Origin: an uncultured Verrucomicrobiae bacterium
GTDB taxonomy: Bacteria > Verrucomicrobiota > Verrucomicrobiia > Chthoniobacterales > JAFAMB01
DNA length: 64,000 nucleotides
Assembly: GCA_963762565.1 (NCBI GenBank)
Contig: CAVXLD010000001.1
Span: forward strand, 1,120,001-1,184,000
Direction of reading: 5' to 3'
Shown: positions 61,235-64,000 of the stretch, in pieces
How the letters are laid out: the number at the start of each line of letters is the position of its first letter
Position numbering within the stretch: the first letter of the stretch is position 1
Notes under the pieces: model-generated
What the model was told of the DNA's origin: nothing
What the model saw: the letters and a program-made list of their open reading frames with translations, nothing else
The model's database searches: none
Translations under genes and position numbers: made by a program

Positions 61235-61701
61235 AGCTCTACCGGTTCGGTTCCGGGTCCGCGCGGCCTGCAGCCGAAGAGTTTAACGGACAAGGTGGCG
61301 TTCTAGCTGCTGGCAGGTGGCACATTAAAGGTACACCGGTCGTTTATACGTCTACCTCAGAGCCCCTCGCACTTTTGGAAAAGCTGGTGCACCGACGATC
61401 AGCTACGGTCGTCTATCCGCTTTATATCGCCGATGTGCCCGATCATTTAATTGAAGAGCTTCCCGCCACTAGTCTGCCGGCAGATTGGAGATCCATTTTC
61501 CCAAGTCGTTCCACTCAACGATTGGGTAACAATTGGCTTATAGGTAGATCCGGAGTGGGACTTCTAGTGCCGAGTATTCTCCTCACTGGCGCCGCTCCGG
61601 AGGTTAAAAACTGTCTAGTGAACCCTGAACATCCGGAATTCAAAAAAGTCGCGCTGAGCGGACCAATACTGCTAGCGTTGGACAGCAGGTTCAATCAGTA
61701 G
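61231..61701 (+). CDS. RES-domain toxin (NAD+ phosphorylase family)
   Basis: GRWH, YTS, ALLE, VPS, NP.HP; GTGA overlap with the antitoxin. Confidence 0.9.
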   Translation: MKLYRFGSGSARPAAEEFNGQGGVLAAGRWHIKGTPVVYTSTSEPLALLEKLVHRRSATVVYPLYIADVPDHLIEELPATSLPADWRSIFPSRSTQRLGNNWLIGRSGVGLLVPSILLTGAAPEVKNCLVNPEHPEFKKVALSGPILLALDSRFNQ

Positions 61702-61858
61702 GGTTCAAAGTTATACCCGAATCCTTTCGCACAGAAAACGAAGGCAACGAAGGATATTATTGATTGTCCTAGCGGCGTTTCGGAGCCGACGGCCCTTCGT
61801 TAGCTTCGTTAACGTTCAGCTGAGCTCACGTCGAAGCCTTCTGTAAAATTGGCTTTGC

Positions 61859-62644
61859 TCAACGCTTCGCGTACTCGTCGTGCCGGCGCCACCACATGCC
61901 CTCGGTCTCGTAGAGGTCATCCTCGTTCCGACCTTTCGGGGCGCGGTCGAGCCATTGGTACATCCCCCAGAGGCCATCCAGCCCACGGGCATAAGTGGAA
62001 TAGGTGTGATAGATGTGCCCGTCCTGGAGCACGAATGCGCTCATGCCTGGCCGGTCGCGCGTGTAGGTGAGCGCGTCCGTTCCGCACATGGCCGCATTTT
62101 CTATCACGATATCCGGGAGCTGGGTTGTCTCGTCCATGGCATGGCCTCCGCACTTATAGTTATACTCGATGCTTCCCTCGCGCTGTTGCTGCTCGGAGAA
62201 CGAAACGTTGAAGTCGGCGTTAAAGTCGTTGTTGAACGAGGACGCCCAGGGAAACGTCCACCCCATTCGCCCCCTATAGGCCTTTATCTTTGCCAGTGGC
62301 GCGCGTGACACTACCGATAGCGTTACATCGTGGTTCGCCAGGTGGACAACGAAGCCGTTGAACCCGTCCGCGATGGTAGAGCAGGTCGCACACCCCGCCG
62401 AGTAGTCGGGACCGAACATGTAATGGTAGATAAGGAGCTGCGACCGGCCCCTGAATAGGTCTGCCAGCGATGCACTCCCTTCATCGGTGTCGAATCGGTA
62501 TTCTTTTTCGACCCGAACCCAAGGCAGTTCCTGGCGTTGGCGCGCCAACTCGTCGCTGTGCCGGGTTAGCTCCTTCTCTGCCTCAAGCAGCTTGAGCCGC
62601 GCTTTCAACCATTCTTCACGTGTTCCGGTTAGGTGCGTTGCCAT
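61859..62644 (-). CDS. DUF899 thioredoxin-like protein
   Basis: LPWV, LF.GRSQL, CATC, HTYSTYARG, LDRAPKGR. Confidence 0.92.
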   Translation of the reverse strand: MATHLTGTREEWLKARLKLLEAEKELTRHSDELARQRQELPWVRVEKEYRFDTDEGSASLADLFRGRSQLLIYHYMFGPDYSAGCATCSTIADGFNGFVVHLANHDVTLSVVSRAPLAKIKAYRGRMGWTFPWASSFNNDFNADFNVSFSEQQQREGSIEYNYKCGGHAMDETTQLPDIVIENAAMCGTDALTYTRDRPGMSAFVLQDGHIYHTYSTYARGLDGLWGMYQWLDRAPKGRNEDDLYETEGMWWRRHDEYAKR

Positions 62645-63037
62645 ATCGATGTGTTCTCTTTCTTGGGGTTCTGTTTGTTCTCGCGGTACAATTCGGTAGT
62701 CGTTTGTCGTGCGATAAACTTAGCGTCGGATTCCGAACCCATGGAGTTACAAATGTGTCGGGATTCCGAAAACCTAACCGCAGCCCCGAAATTCTCCGGG
62801 GTAAAATGGACGCAGATTTACGCAGATTTCGGTCTGGGCTTCGACTATGCCACCGACTATACGGCGATTAGATTGGCTTGGAACAAGGCTTTAAGATCAC
62901 TCAGCTTTGCGTTCGTTGTGCTCTTTTGCGGCTATTCTCAATCTTCAGATAGGGAGAGGTCAACTGTACCGGCAGTCGAAGACGCGGAGTAACTTGACTT
63001 TGCCTAGCGATTTCGGTGTCCTCTAGTGATCGCCCTT

Positions 63038-63457
63038 ATGCGTAGCCTGTTCCTATTCTTGATTTTATTGCCTCAGCTAGCAGCAGCAGATCCATTTCAA
63101 AAATTACGTCAGGAATGGACTCGAGATCTTCACGAAAAACGGGTTGCGGCATCAACTGCTCTCTACTCTCCGGATGGGGTGTTTATTCAGCCTGATGGCA
63201 CAAGAGTGAAAGGCTCGACCGCAATCTACAACCTTTACCAAAAAATAACGTCGACCTTCGATAGCGATCTGAATTTCTCATCTGAGCGGGTCGAGACATC
63301 CAAGGACCTTGCGTACGATTCCGGTACCTACACCGAGACACTAGTGACGCGGGCAACAGGCAAGTCGATGCTGACGAAGGGTAGTCACCTAACCGTTTAC
63401 CGAAGGGGTAAAAACGGAAACTGGAAAATCGTTGAGCAAGCTTGGACCGGGCACTAG
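63038..63457 (+). CDS. Exported NTF2/DUF4440 (YybH-like) protein
   Basis: Signal peptide; LAYDSGTY, GNWKIV. Confidence 0.8.
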   Translation: MRSLFLFLILLPQLAAADPFQKLRQEWTRDLHEKRVAASTALYSPDGVFIQPDGTRVKGSTAIYNLYQKITSTFDSDLNFSSERVETSKDLAYDSGTYTETLVTRATGKSMLTKGSHLTVYRRGKNGNWKIVEQAWTGH

Positions 63458-63496
63458 CCAAACGCCGGCCAGGTCAGCATGGCAAACTATCTTTTA

Positions 63497-63916
63497 CACA
63501 GAAGATCACAAAGGACACGAAGAGGTGACCGATCTTTTACAGAAGCAAACGACGGTTTTCATGGGCCTGCAAATATCTAGCCGAGGGTTTGCCAAGTCGA
63601 ACGAGGGTCGAACGCCAGGGACAATTCCTCATACCGTACCCTACGGGACGGTTTCGCTTTTCTGCATATCCCAGGCATTTCATGCCAGGTCGCCTTCGCA
63701 GACTATGGCGCACCCTAAGTCTACCTTTTTGCACAACCAACCGCTACGATCGCGACGTAGGCCTTGCGGAGTCGGGCTACTATCATCTAGTCCCTCCGGG
63801 ACACAGCATTGGCCAGCTCAATCGTTTTTCAACAACCTGGACCCCTTCGTTACCTTCGTTGCCTTCTGTAAAATTCCGATTCCTTCTGACTTTGTGTCCT
63901 TTGTGACCTTCTGTGA
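63497..63916. repeat. Nested multi-family palindromic element
   Basis: Outer CACAGAAGATCACAAAGG/CCTTTGTGACCTTCTGTG, inner TTTTACAGAAG/CTTCTGTAAAA, and hairpins CCGTACCCTACGGGACGG and GTCCCTCCGGGAC inside. Confidence 0.7.
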
Positions 63917-64000
63917 GAGTTGATTCGGTCGTAAGCCCTTACGACGGGGCTTGAGCAGTCCTCGAAACCGCTCCACATCCTTCGGTGTCGCCGGATTGCA

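Overview
64 kb of a mosaic bacterial accessory region. The gene content and repeat style suggest a soil Verrucomicrobiota-like genome, which is an inference. It holds many unrelated single genes, a cobalt nitrile hydratase operon, a LacI-controlled sugar ABC transporter, a RES/Xre toxin-antitoxin pair, an IS1182 element and many truncated or frameshifted genes. Two systems stand out. (1) A HUH/Y1 (RAYT-like) transposase at 39781-40782 is bracketed by inverted GGGACAGGTCAA ends. About 33 copies of this motif, counted by eye, occur across the window as 60-150 bp miniature inverted-repeat units. They separate single genes cassette-style, coincide with gene truncations, and end short tandem duplications at the same base. 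(2) A radical SAM/SPASM RiPP operon at 11978-14931 has a Gly-rich precursor with five W-x-N motifs behind a twin-arginine-like signal peptide. It also encodes a SPASM-only partner and a Tat-like NTF2 protein. All calls come from motif recognition by eye; no database searches were run.
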